From: Nemertoderma westbladi
Taxonomy: Eukaryota; Animalia; Xenacoelomorpha
Assembly: GCA_032718475.1 (NCBI GenBank)
Contig: JAUCBJ010004771.1
Span: 1-35,021 of the forward strand
Direction of reading: 5' to 3'
Length of the DNA stretch: 35,021 nucleotides
Translations under genes and position numbers: made by a program
The notes under the pieces: generated by a model
What the model saw: the letters and a program-made list of their open reading frames with translations, nothing else
Told to the model about the DNA's origin: nothing
Database searches by the model: none
Shown here: in pieces, positions 1-10,547 of the stretch
How the letters are laid out: every line of letters begins with the position of its first letter
Numbering within the stretch: position 1 is the stretch's first letter

Positions 1-315
1 GACCAAATCGGTATCACATCGGACCTTATGGGTACCACATCGGACCCAATCGGTACCACATCGGACCCAATCGGTACCACATCGGTACCACATCGGACCA
101 AATCGGAACCACATTGGACCAAATCGGTACCACATCGGATCAAATGGGTACCATATCGGACCATATGGGTACCACATCGGACCAAATGGGTACCACATTG
201 GACCAAATGGGTACCACATCAGACCAAATCGGTACCACATCGGACCCAATCGGGTTCACATCGAACCTAATCGCTACCACATCAGACCCGGTCAGACCTA
301 ATCGGTACCGCACAT
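1..315 (+). repeat. 21-bp tandem array (GGTACCACATCGGACCCAATC), truncated by the window start; probable arm of a foldback-like element
   Basis: Unit repeats directly in the sequence; reverse-complement arrays occur at 790-992 and 1551-1665. Confidence 0.85.
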
Positions 316-789
316 GGTCCAGAGATCCCAGACGACTCCACAGTCCATTCCGATTGGTGGAAGAATATGTTGCATGATTGAATCCTCGGATCGCATATCG
401 TGTTACTACAATAATGTATCTTTCGATTGACAATTAGATGTTCGGTGATAAAACTCCATGGAATTCTTAAACCATACAGTCTATTGGGAATTCAATTGTC
501 ATCAAGCGTACAAAACACTCTTCTCCTCCTAGATGTTGGTATTTTTTTTGGTATTACATTATATCATTATGCCAAATTAATAAACATAAATAAATAAAAC
601 AAACTAAAGTAAAATAACACGTTACGCTTACAGTTACATGTATGTTGCATTAACCAAAATAATAAGAAAATCACTACCAATTCGGACCCAATTGGTGCCA
701 CATCGGAGCCACATCGGTGCTGATTGCGACCAGTAGCTTTGGTCCGGGCTGGTACCTTTTGAGTCTGGCTTGGAACCTTTTTGAGAACG

Positions 790-992
790 GTGTGGTACCG
801 ATTGGGTCCGATGTGGTACCGATTGGGCCGATGTGGTACCGATGTGGTACCGATTGGGTCCGATGTGGTACCGATTGGTTCCGATGTGGTACCGTTTGGG
901 TCCGATGTGGTACCGATTGGGTCCGATTTCGTACCCATTAGGTCCGATGTGGTACCGATTTGGTCCGATGTGGTACCGATTGGGACCGATGT
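790..992 (-). repeat. Inverted copy of the 21-bp array (GATTGGGTCCGATGTGGTACC)n
   Basis: Reverse complement of the 1-315 unit. Confidence 0.85.
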
Positions 993-1156
993 ATGAACGT
1001 TGTTAACGTTTAAAGTTGGAACATAACCAGATAACAGAACATCAGAATAACAGCATCAAAGGCTTCACTAACTCTCAGCCAAAGGTGTGGTACTACATAT
1101 TTGCTCAGCTCAAAATTATTCAGATAGGGGGGGGGGGGGGGGGGGGTGGGGGAACT

Positions 1157-1352
1157 GGACGCAATAAACATTCCTCCCTCTCCAGGGGAAATTCGACGCA
1201 AATAACAGATGATTAATATCAAAAATAATAATTGTGTTTAGTTTATTGTTTTGGTTAATATAACGTGCCACTGCAACCTGCTCCTTTCCCTAAATTGAGA
1301 ATATAACATTGAGGCGGGATATTAATTCGCCAAGATGGGATTTGCGTCCAGC
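1157..1352 (+). mobile_element. Dispersed repeat family, copy 1 (unclassified)
   Basis: Shares AGTTTATTGTTTT...TAACGTGCCACTG.AACCTG.TCCTTTCC...ATTAATTCG with 28380-28540 and, inverted, with 16170-16385. Confidence 0.6.
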
Positions 1353-1550
1353 TGTCCAGTACTGTACTGTACTGCTGTATAAGTAGGGGCAATAGTCTCT
1401 GCATTAGATATTCTAGTATCTAGTACCTACTGCAGTGCAGTACCGGTTACCAGCCTGACCTGTTGTCAGAAAGACTAACAATTACTGAATTACTGATACG
1501 AGTTTGGTCAGTTGGTGCTGGAACTTGTTATTTACATCCTAAATTGCTAA

Positions 1551-1665
1551 TTTGTGGCCGATGTGGCTCCGATGTGGCCCCGATGTGGTCCGATGTGGCC
1601 CCGATGTGGTCCGATTTGGTCCGATGTGGTACCGATTGGGTCCGATGTGGCTTTTAGACGGACCC
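1551..1665 (-). mobile_element. Right end of a foldback-like element: variant 21-bp units capped by ...TTTTAGACGGACCC
   Basis: CCGATGTGGCTCC variant pairs with GGAGCCACATCGG near 700-720; the terminus reads GGGTCC on the - strand, like the 2184 MITE. Confidence 0.5.
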
Positions 1666-2183
1666 AGTGGCTGGGTCAGCGTCAGTCAGTCAGTGGGTGC
1701 GGGTGGTCTCTGCAGCTCTGGCAGTCTGGTCAGCTGGTGGTCACAGGCAGTCAGGTGGTTATCGGGTTGTGGCCATTCTGCTAAGTAGGGCATGTATGCC
1801 GAACGTGTTTGGCGCACAATTTTTTTCCAGAATTTGGAGCAGGCGCAGAAAATTGAGAGCGCGGCACCGCACAGGCAGACAGGCCTGCAGGCAGGCAGGC
1901 TCAGAAAATTGATAGCGCGGCTCAGACTTGCACTACACGACTACAGCACAAGTCCGTAAGTAGGCCAGTAGGCCTACACCTGCCTGGCAGTCTGCCGACT
2001 ACCGGTAACAGCAAACAGGGTAATGACAGTACAGTAATACAGACAGACAGATATGAGATAATACAGTAATAAGCCTCTTACTTGGTGTCTGGGTGTGCTT
2101 CAGTGCTTCGACCAGTAGGCAGGCAGGTCTAGGTGGTAGGAGATTTCGTGCAGTATTTCTGCTGTGCGCGCCAATCTCGTGCA

Positions 2184-2640
2184 GGGTCCTACGAATTACC
2201 CCAAAATACCCCAAAACACCCCAAAATACTCCAAAATACCCCAAAATAGTCAAATATTACCCCAAAATACCCCAAAAAGGCAAAAAAATTACCCCAAAAT
2301 ACCCCAAAAGAAGCTAACCATGTTTTTTAACAGCAAGGGAAAGGAGCAGGTTACAGTGGCAAGTTTTTTTAACCAAAACAATAAACGAGTGTGAAGAAAA
2401 AAATTTTAATTATTTTGGGGTAATTCGTCATTATTTTGGGGTAATTCGTCATTTTGCCATATTTTGGGGTAAATTAAATTTCCAAAACAAAGGCTGAAAA
2501 AAAAGTACAGAAGTATTTTGGGGTAATTCTAAACTATTTTGGGGTATTTTGGGGTAGTTTTATACTATTTTGGGGTCTTTTGGGGTGTTTTGGGGTATTT
2601 TGGGGTGTTTTGGGGTATTTTGGGGTAATTCGTAGGACCG
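2184..2640. mobile_element. Non-autonomous MITE/foldback element with (CCCCAAAATA)n inverted arms and an 8-9 bp target-site duplication
   Basis: Ends GGTCCTACGAATTACCCCAAAATACCCCAAAACACC and GGTGTTTTGGGGTATTTTGGGGTAATTCGTAGGACC; CTCGTGCA(G) flanks both sides (2176-2184, 2641-2649). Confidence 0.85.
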
Positions 2641-3039
2641 CTCGTGCAGAATTTCTGCTTCGCGGGCCAATCTCGCGCAGTTTTTCTGCTGCGCACGCGG
2701 ATTTTGCACTGTTTCCGACTGCGCAGGCGCACATTTTTGTCCGCGCCGCGTCGCGTTCGGCGCACAAAAAAATCACATAGCAGAAGGGGTTATGGTTTGC
2801 GTTATGCTTTTATGGCAGTATGGGACTGTCTGAACTAATATGACAATGAAACCTGACGGACTCATTCTTTCAAACAATTTTGTCAGTTTGTATCATAGTG
2901 CAGTAGTGTATCTATAAAATATAATCTTGACTTGACCAGTTGACCAAATGCCCCCATAAAGCCATATAATTTATCTAATCATTTACCAACCAGCCAACTG
3001 CCAACCAGGTCAATCTAATCAATCAATATACAAATACAG

Positions 3040-3187
3040 AAATACTACAAAAACCTAGCGAAATACTACAAAAACCTAGCGAAAAGCTTCAAAAACCAGC
3101 AAAAACCTTCCAAAAACCTACAAAAACCTTGCAAAAACCTAAAACCTAAAAATTTTTCTGAAAAACCTATGGTTTTTGCCAGCCCTG
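3040..3187 (-). mobile_element. Solitary hAT-like terminus with AAAAACCT subterminal repeats
   Basis: Ends ...GGTTTTTGCCAGCCCTG (CAGGGCTGGC on the - strand, a hAT-type end); partner end not found. Confidence 0.45.
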
Positions 3188-3873
3188 ATATCGAATGCTT
3201 ATCGGGTGCCTTATCTGGTTGGACCCGCCTTTTCGACTGACTCATGGCGACCGGCTGGACCCGCTGGATAGCCTACCAGATACCTAATAACCAGAGTAAC
3301 AAGCCACGGCTTTCATTACAAATTATGCTTACCTTCAGCACCTTTTCACTCACTTATGCCGTCACTGTGTTCAACTGTGCGACAAAAGGTGCCACGCTCT
3401 CACCTGCAAAAGCTGCCCTTCGCTTTCCACTCTTGGGAAGAGCAAATTATGAACTTTTAATCTAATAATTTATTAATTTTATGCATATATTTTAAGTTAA
3501 TGCTTATGCATTTTTTAACATTTAATTTTAATAACATTTAGTTTTAAAATTAAACTTTCGGTTAATAAATTTACCCCGATATGTATATATTATTATTTAA
3601 AAATAATTATAAGATGACACCCCCCCCCCCCCATCCCCTGGGCCAAATAGGTTTAAGTAGCTAAGGAATTAGCATGTCTGAGTGCATTTTTAATTTGTGT
3701 ATGTTCAGTATAGATTCACAGTTTCTATATATTTATAGATTGTCCATTCCGGTTTATATATATATATATTTGTAGATATATTTGATATAGAATAAGATAC
3801 CAACCCAACAATATTATATAATATTGGATAGCGTCACTAATTTGCTACGCAGCAGCCGCCGTATAGATATGGA

Positions 3874-6800
3874 ATGATGAAGGTGACTGTTTGCTTTGGA
3901 ACGGTTCGTATTGTTGTACCTTGTGGTGTTTCTGGCGAACTCTCTGTTCAACATATCGTCGACAAAGCGATCACGCGTTACAAGAAGGCCACCGGGCGGT
4001 CGCTGTCCTACTGGGTCCGGGTTATTTCCCTTCAGAACGCCGCCGACGGGGCGATTCTGGACACGGACGACTGTATCCGTGATGTAGCCGACGATCGCGA
4101 GAAACTCATCGCCGTGTTCGACGAGCAGGACGCTTCCACCGACTTAGAAGATCACAACGTCGGCGACGGTGCCAGCGCCTCGTCCGTTGTAGACAGCGAC
4201 TCTCAGTCCAGCGCGTCCGACATCCTCCTGGCCAAGGGGAGACCCAACGGAGACTCGGACAAACACCTCCACGTCCGGCACGGTTCCGAGTCGGCGGTGA
4301 CCAACCGGCTGCCGTCCCGCCAACCTGAGTCGACCACGCTGCCTCGAAAGCGTACGCCTCCAGCGGTGCTGCCTAAACCGAAGTACAGCGTGGCACCGTA
4401 CACCGGTGTTACTGGGCCATATACTGGTCCTACTGCACCGCATACCGGTGGTGCGATGCTGTATAACAGCGGTGCTCCACCTTACACCGACGGCGCCACG
4501 ATGAGTCCATCCCGCTATGGGTCTACGGCGACTCCCACGAAACTCTTTCAAACCTCGACTCCCAACTCCTCCACCCCTCCGACGCGCTCAACCGATATTT
4601 TCTCTGTGAGCAGCGTGGCGTCGACGCCACGTTGCGATCCGGCCGGCGCCGCCGACCTACGGACTCTCACGGTGAGCGTTGAGCTGGGCGGGACCCCGCT
4701 GGGGATCCAGGTGGTGCCGGCGCGCCGCTCCCAGGGGCTGCTGGTGCGCGGCGTGGACGCGGACGGCCGCGCACATGGAGTGCTGCGCGTCGGTGATCGA
4801 ATCGTCGAGACCAACTCGCATTCCGTCGTCGGCGTCGACTTCCTGCGCGCCCAGGATATCTTCCGAGAGGCGCTGCTCACATCGCAACTCGATCTCGTGA
4901 TCCTCCGGCGGGTTCAGGAAACGCCCGACGGCGAACTCGTGGCGCAGATGGTGCGCGGCGAGGAGCCGGAAGGGGCGCGCGCGGTGGTGCGGCAGATACT
5001 GGGGCGAGAAGGTGGTGACCCCCGCGGGGTGCCCTCCTCTGATCCGCGCACCGTGCCATCCAATGAGTCGCGGAGTGCGCCCCCCTCCGTGCCGCGCACG
5101 GCGCCATCCTACGAGCCGCACTCCGCACCCCCCTCGGACGCCGCCCATCACGCGCCCCGCCCCCCTCGGACCCGACAGATCCTCGTGGACCTCCCTAAGG
5201 GCCCCCTCGGCCTCGGATTCAGCGTTACCACCCGGGACAACGTCCCGGCCCCCCACGGGCTCGCGACCCCCGTCTATGTGAAGAACATCCTGCCGAACGG
5301 GGCCGCGGTGGCCGACGGCCGTCTGCGTTGCGGCGACCGGATCGTCGCGATCAACGGCGTGGACGCGACCGGCTGGACGCAGCAGCGAGTCGTGGAGTCG
5401 CTGCGACATGCGCGGCTCGGCTCCGTGGTGCGACTACTGGCGACGCGCGCGGACGAGACTCTCACGCTGCCCCGGGAACTCCCGCCGGATGCCGTGGACG
5501 AGGGCAGGTTCTCGGCGACCAACCGGGAGGTTCTCACGCTCGACGTGCCTCTCAACGACACCGGGTCCGCGGGTCTCGGGATCAGCGTCAAGGGCAAGAC
5601 GACGGACAGTCCGACAGTCGGACAGACGCCGACCGACTTGGGGATCTACATAAAGTCTATCATCCACGGCGGCGCCGCCTCCAAGGACGACCGACTGAGA
5701 GTCAACGACCAACTCCTCATGATAAACAACGACTCGCTACTCGATAAGAGCAACGCGGTCGCTATGGAGACGCTACGACGCGCCATGATGTCGGACGGGC
5801 AGTGCGGCGGCTCAATCCGATTGGTTGTAGCTCGGAAAGTTGGTGTGACGTCACCTCCTCAACAACGCGTGACGTCACCTCCTCACCAACGTGTGACGTC
5901 ACCTCCTCAACAACGCGTGACGTCACCTCATCACCAACGTGTGACGTCACCGCCTAGACGCGCGCCCCGTCCCCAGTCTGTGCCGCCGCGCGGCGTGGAG
6001 CCGCAGGACGACGACGACGACGCCGCCGACTCGGGGACCTTCCGACGGGAGGGATACGGACGCCGGAGTATGTCGGAGAAACGGAACCACGTCCGGGACG
6101 CCAAGACGTCGCCGTTCTACGTGCGGAACGTGGAGCCCAGACGGGAGCGTTTGGCCCCCCCTGGCGGCGAGGTGCGGCGCAGCGGTTCGCTGGACTCCGT
6201 GTCCGAGACGCCCAAGACGCTGACCCCGACCAAGTCGAACAGCGTCGAGAGTCTCCAGAACATATCGACGGGGCGAGAGGGGGAGCGGAGGGGGCGGAGT
6301 TTTCGCTCGGCGATCGAGCGGAGTCTGAGGCCCCGGGGCGGTGGGGGAAACAATCTGGGGCCCCCCGTCGCCGCGGCTGGGGGCAGTGGGAGGAGTTCGG
6401 ACTCGGGAGGCAGCAGCGGGGGGGCAGCGCCCCCTCAGCGGCGGATCAAGGGGGGCAACAACGGGAAGACCATCAACGGAGGCGGCGGCGGGATATTCCG
6501 GGGGATTTTCAGTCGGTTTAACAACAAGAAAGCCGAGTCGCCGGTCATCCGGGTTGAGTTGCAGCACCGGCCGGCGCTTAGCAACCGGGCCAATCAACCC
6601 GAACTCGAAACGGCCAATTCTATAGCGGTAACGCAGCAACCACGACGCCAGTCTAACGAACAGCCAATGGGAACGCAGCAACCACGGCGACCGTCTAACG
6701 AACAGCCAATGGGAACGCAGCAACCACGGCGACAGTCTAACGAACAGCCAATGGGAACGCAGCAACCACGGCGACAGTCTATCGAACAGCCAATTGGAAC

Positions 6801-7842
6801 GCAGCAACCACGGCGACAGTCTAACGAACAGCCAATGGGAACGCATCAACCACGGCGACAGTCTATCGAACAGCCAATTGGAACGCAGCAACCACGGCGC
6901 CAGTCTAACGAACAGCCGATGATATCGTCTCCCCGGTTCCGAGATCAGATAACGTCACCGCTGATGCGTGATAGGGACCGCGTCGCATCGCCACCGCAGG
7001 GCCTACGGGACCGTAGATTGACGTCACCACTGCAGCCGCAACGCTATAGAGACGATCGTGTGACGTCACCAACCCGCCGTTACCCCAACCCATCTGTCCC
7101 TCGCGATCCCGTTCCGCCGGACTCGGCGAGGAGTTCGACATCGTCCAAGGTGGTCCGCATAGCTGACGTGTATCCGGACCGGAACGGGGGCGGACCGGAC
7201 CGGAATGGGGGTGGACCGGACCGGAACGGGGGCCACGCTTCCGGGCGCCACACCCCGTTTGACTTCCGGCCCTCGACTTCGCTCTACGAGTTCCCCGAGT
7301 CGTCCGGCTCCCGCTCGGGCCCGCGTAGCGTCACCCCCGACCCGACCTACGGCAACCGGATCCACCGGATGACCAACCGAGGCTTCCAGCCGCCGCGGGG
7401 CCGCGCCCAATCGCCGCCGGAGTACCCCCTGCGGGCGCCGCCCAGCTACGAGGTCGCCCGACACCGGTCGCAACCCGCCACCCCCAGGGAGCAACTCATC
7501 ACTCCCAGATCGCAGCTCCCCGCCCCCAGGGAGTACCGCACGGACCCCAGGGATTACTCCCGTAAACTCCGATCCCCCGAGTACGTTAGATCCCCCGATA
7601 CCAGACGTCCTCTCTCCCCTTCTAATAACACTAGTCCGCCACAAATACCTCCCAAGAAGTACGTTGACTCGGAGTTACATAACGATTACAAATTATACTC
7701 TAAGTCTCCTGGGAAACAACATGAAAATTCTTTTTTTTACGGAAACTCCGATAAATCTCGGGAGAATTTTAATATAATCAACTCTAGAACAACTCCTAAT
7801 CCTCATCAGCGAGTTATCATGAGCAAAAGCGCCCGGGTTTAA
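3874..7842 (+). CDS. PARD3: Partitioning defective 3 (Par-3/Bazooka), single coding exon, 1322 aa
   Basis: N-terminal CR1 oligomerisation domain MKVTVCFG..RIVVPCG; three PDZ domains (~4670-4915 PLGI, ~5180-5450 GLGFSV, ~5530-5840 SAGLGISVKGK); aPKC-binding motif FRREGYGRRSMSEKR (6040-6084); Par-1/14-3-3 site KSNSVESLQ (6232-6258); SFRSAIERS and basic-hydrophobic GIFRGIFSRFNNKK; class I PDZ-ligand-like C-terminus SARV. Confidence 0.96.
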   Translation: MMKVTVCFGTVRIVVPCGVSGELSVQHIVDKAITRYKKATGRSLSYWVRVISLQNAADGAILDTDDCIRDVADDREKLIAVFDEQDASTDLEDHNVGDGASASSVVDSDSQSSASDILLAKGRPNGDSDKHLHVRHGSESAVTNRLPSRQPESTTLPRKRTPPAVLPKPKYSVAPYTGVTGPYTGPTAPHTGGAMLYNSGAPPYTDGATMSPSRYGSTATPTKLFQTSTPNSSTPPTRSTDIFSVSSVASTPRCDPAGAADLRTLTVSVELGGTPLGIQVVPARRSQGLLVRGVDADGRAHGVLRVGDRIVETNSHSVVGVDFLRAQDIFREALLTSQLDLVILRRVQETPDGELVAQMVRGEEPEGARAVVRQILGREGGDPRGVPSSDPRTVPSNESRSAPPSVPRTAPSYEPHSAPPSDAAHHAPRPPRTRQILVDLPKGPLGLGFSVTTRDNVPAPHGLATPVYVKNILPNGAAVADGRLRCGDRIVAINGVDATGWTQQRVVESLRHARLGSVVRLLATRADETLTLPRELPPDAVDEGRFSATNREVLTLDVPLNDTGSAGLGISVKGKTTDSPTVGQTPTDLGIYIKSIIHGGAASKDDRLRVNDQLLMINNDSLLDKSNAVAMETLRRAMMSDGQCGGSIRLVVARKVGVTSPPQQRVTSPPHQRVTSPPQQRVTSPHHQRVTSPPRRAPRPQSVPPRGVEPQDDDDDAADSGTFRREGYGRRSMSEKRNHVRDAKTSPFYVRNVEPRRERLAPPGGEVRRSGSLDSVSETPKTLTPTKSNSVESLQNISTGREGERRGRSFRSAIERSLRPRGGGGNNLGPPVAAAGGSGRSSDSGGSSGGAAPPQRRIKGGNNGKTINGGGGGIFRGIFSRFNNKKAESPVIRVELQHRPALSNRANQPELETANSIAVTQQPRRQSNEQPMGTQQPRRPSNEQPMGTQQPRRQSNEQPMGTQQPRRQSIEQPIGTQQPRRQSNEQPMGTHQPRRQSIEQPIGTQQPRRQSNEQPMISSPRFRDQITSPLMRDRDRVASPPQGLRDRRLTSPLQPQRYRDDRVTSPTRRYPNPSVPRDPVPPDSARSSTSSKVVRIADVYPDRNGGGPDRNGGGPDRNGGHASGRHTPFDFRPSTSLYEFPESSGSRSGPRSVTPDPTYGNRIHRMTNRGFQPPRGRAQSPPEYPLRAPPSYEVARHRSQPATPREQLITPRSQLPAPREYRTDPRDYSRKLRSPEYVRSPDTRRPLSPSNNTSPPQIPPKKYVDSELHNDYKLYSKSPGKQHENSFFYGNSDKSRENFNIINSRTTPNPHQRVIMSKSARV
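5845..5955 (+). repeat. Coding 24-bp tandem repeat (VTSPPQQR, ~4.5 copies) within Par-3
   Basis: GTGACGTCAC recurs at 5845, 5869, 5893, 5917, 5941. Confidence 0.9.
6631..6921 (+). repeat. Coding 42-bp tandem repeat (TQQPRRQSNEQPMG, 7 copies) within Par-3
   Basis: Seen in both DNA and translation. Confidence 0.93.
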
Positions 7843-8243
7843 AGGGAATCTGTTAATTTGGATTTAAATATATCTGAGTTATTCCCATTTTTTGTTGTCT
7901 TCCCTTCTTCAGATCAATGTGACCAACCCAGTACTAATTTATTGTTCTTCCGCTTACAAAAAGACCTGGTGCAGTGAACATATCATTATTGTCAGCTGTA
8001 TGAAGTATCTTTCCGACTGGAGCCCCAGAACACAAACACCTAGAAGTTATTTATTTTTCTCCCAAAAACAGATTTTAACAGTTAGTTTATGTTTTATTAT
8101 CATTTTATTCTTCCATTTCGCACAATTTATAACGGATTTGGTTATTATCGCCACAAATAATAATATGTTTGTATCAGAACTGATGTTTGACGTATATAAT
8201 AATATATTGATATGCATGCGCTGCTTTTTTGGCTTTTAATATC

Positions 8244-8373
8244 CGATATCCTATTTAGTCGAATTCTACGTTTAACTTTTCCACTCTGAATTAAGACATT
8301 TCAATAATCGATATCCTATTTAGTCGAATTCTACGTTTAACTTTTCCACTCTGAATTAAGACATTTCAATAAT
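8244..8373. repeat. Perfect 65-bp tandem duplication downstream of Par-3
   Basis: CGATATCC...TTCAATAAT at 8244-8308 and 8309-8373. Confidence 0.9.
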
Positions 8374-9940
8374 TAAAGAAACACTAAATGAATTACTTAC
8401 TGTAGTAGATGCGACTATAATAGGTTATTAAAACTTCGTAGAATTAAAATTCCTTCACTTATTTCGATTATCAAAATGCTTTTGCGTATATATTTAGTGC
8501 TATTCCGCTATTGTTTGACAAGTTTTGCATTTAACTCCAATAGTAATTGAGTAATTACGCGTATTCTGGAACTCTATGATTAATTATTAATAAGTAAATA
8601 TGACTGACTTGACATCCATTTGAATTTCTGACACGTCCGCGGTTTTGGGGCGAGGCCCTTTCTTTGGATCTATTAATTATTGTTACCGGTAATTAATTAT
8701 AGCGATGCCGATCCCAATTACTGTAACTATAAAGCTACAGCATTCCTTTACAGACAGAGTGATCTAACTGACTGGTACTTTTGGTACTTACTTTTCCTCC
8801 TTCTTAGTTATTTTATATTACAGCTAAACCGTGTAAAATAATAAACGTACTTCATTATCAGTATCATAATGATAATTCAAAAAATTATATCCGTTTTTTG
8901 CACTTTGTAATTTTTATTTATTTATTTCATTCCTTATTTTATTTATATAGTTATAATATTAAATGTTTAATTAATATCATAAATACGTAGGATTGTTAGT
9001 TTATTTTATGGTAAATTTTAGAGACTTTTTTAAGCCGAATGTTCGTTTACCAGTTTTAGTATAATAACATTATAAATACATATATAATTCACAATAGTTT
9101 TTTACTACAATTTTTAATCAATCTTTTCAATTGATCCTGTTTCATATTCTTCCTAATTATGGTAATTAATTATAATAGACAACGTGACGCTTTTGATATT
9201 TGGTTTGAAATAAAGTTATCCAGGCGCATCGCGCACTTTATTGAAATAAAGTTTGCTAATTACTATAATATGCAATAATTATGTTTAGGCTATGCAACGT
9301 TGAACTGCTTGTAAAAATGCTTTACGTTATGTTTATTTAAGAACTTTGGTTTAATTTACTATAATAATAATAATTTTTGCATATATTTTCGCCTAACCTA
9401 AAATTTAAAGTGTTATCAACTCGCGAGTTAATAGGTATTTCTACCACAGGTCACTTATAAAGTGCTTTTACTACTTGCTTATAGTTTATATTGTATGTGG
9501 AATAATTTTTCCTTCAGTTAACTGTAATAATTATGTATGTCACGCTGAATTATTTAGTCCATTATAGTAGAATAGTTAGCGTTGGTTTACTTGCCGAGCG
9601 TAGCGAGCCAAATATAATAAACGAACCGAGTACTGTTGTCCTATAAAGTACTTTACAGTGTGGTATATGTAATTCCGTTGGTTATATATATTGGTATATC
9701 GTAATTTTTTTCAAAAATTGAAATCTAGTTTCGACAGAGTATCTCGAACTATCCACTGAGACTGCCGTACTGCTACCAGTATGACGTTATTATTATGTAG
9801 TAAGTGGATGAAAGTCATAGTAAATAAATGTTAGTGAGCCATTTTACTGGTAATTAGAGTTCTGTGGGGACTAGAAAAGATCTAGACATAATTTTATGTT
9901 GTTGTTGAATATTAGTTTCAATTTTTGAATAATAACAATT

Positions 9941-10547
9941 TACATACTTGTGTGTAAAGTAGCACTTTACAGTGTGATGATCCGAGTGGCTTTGTTACAC
10001 GAACGAACGTTAGTGAGTGAGTGAAAATAACGCCACGAGGATCAGAACACTGTAAAGTACTTTGCAACAAGTATGTATGTAGTTTTATTCCAAAATTTTA
10101 ACATTACGAAATGATTGGACATATACATTATAAGTTATGGAAACGGCACAAATTATATTAGTTGCTGTATAAATAAATGTAAAAATGACATAAATAATGT
10201 TATAAATAAGTTAGCTTATATTTATGGTGGCGTTTGGAGCCATTTTATAATATAGCTAGTCCCTACTAGTTATTAATAGCTATACCCCGCCTACCGGTAG
10301 GTAATGCAGTAGGCTTATCTGGATGTCAGAAAAATGTCCACCTATTGTTTACGTGGTATCCAATGTCGGCGTTAAGTAATGTCCCCTTAGAGGACATTAC
10401 TTAACGCCGTAAACAATAACACCAAATACAATACTAAATGTACAGGCCAATACAATGCTGTAATGTTCTCTAAAGTTGTAAAGTGCTAATTAACAACTCG
10501 CTGTTAATACTAACGGCGTTGAGTAATGTTACAATTTTGGAATAAAA
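9941..10547. mobile_element. Palindrome-rich non-autonomous element (long hairpin plus inverted repeats)
   Basis: Imperfect hairpin 9941-10077; inverted repeat TTTTATTCCAAAATT.TAACATTAC at 10083 and 10547; perfect 18-bp stem at 10367-10409; related motifs at ~9400-9660. Confidence 0.55.

Noticed and set aside
28-2838. Many short ORFs (GTTSDPI, PKYPKIP repeats)
   Set aside because: Translations of 21-bp and 10-bp tandem arms, open in several frames and on both strands
3891-7644. Overlapping and antisense ORFs inside Par-3 (up to 314 aa)
   Set aside because: Shadow frames of a GC-rich, repetitive CDS with no recognisable domains
7892-8239. 115-aa ORF after Par-3
   Set aside because: Non-ATG start and AT-rich, UTR-like composition
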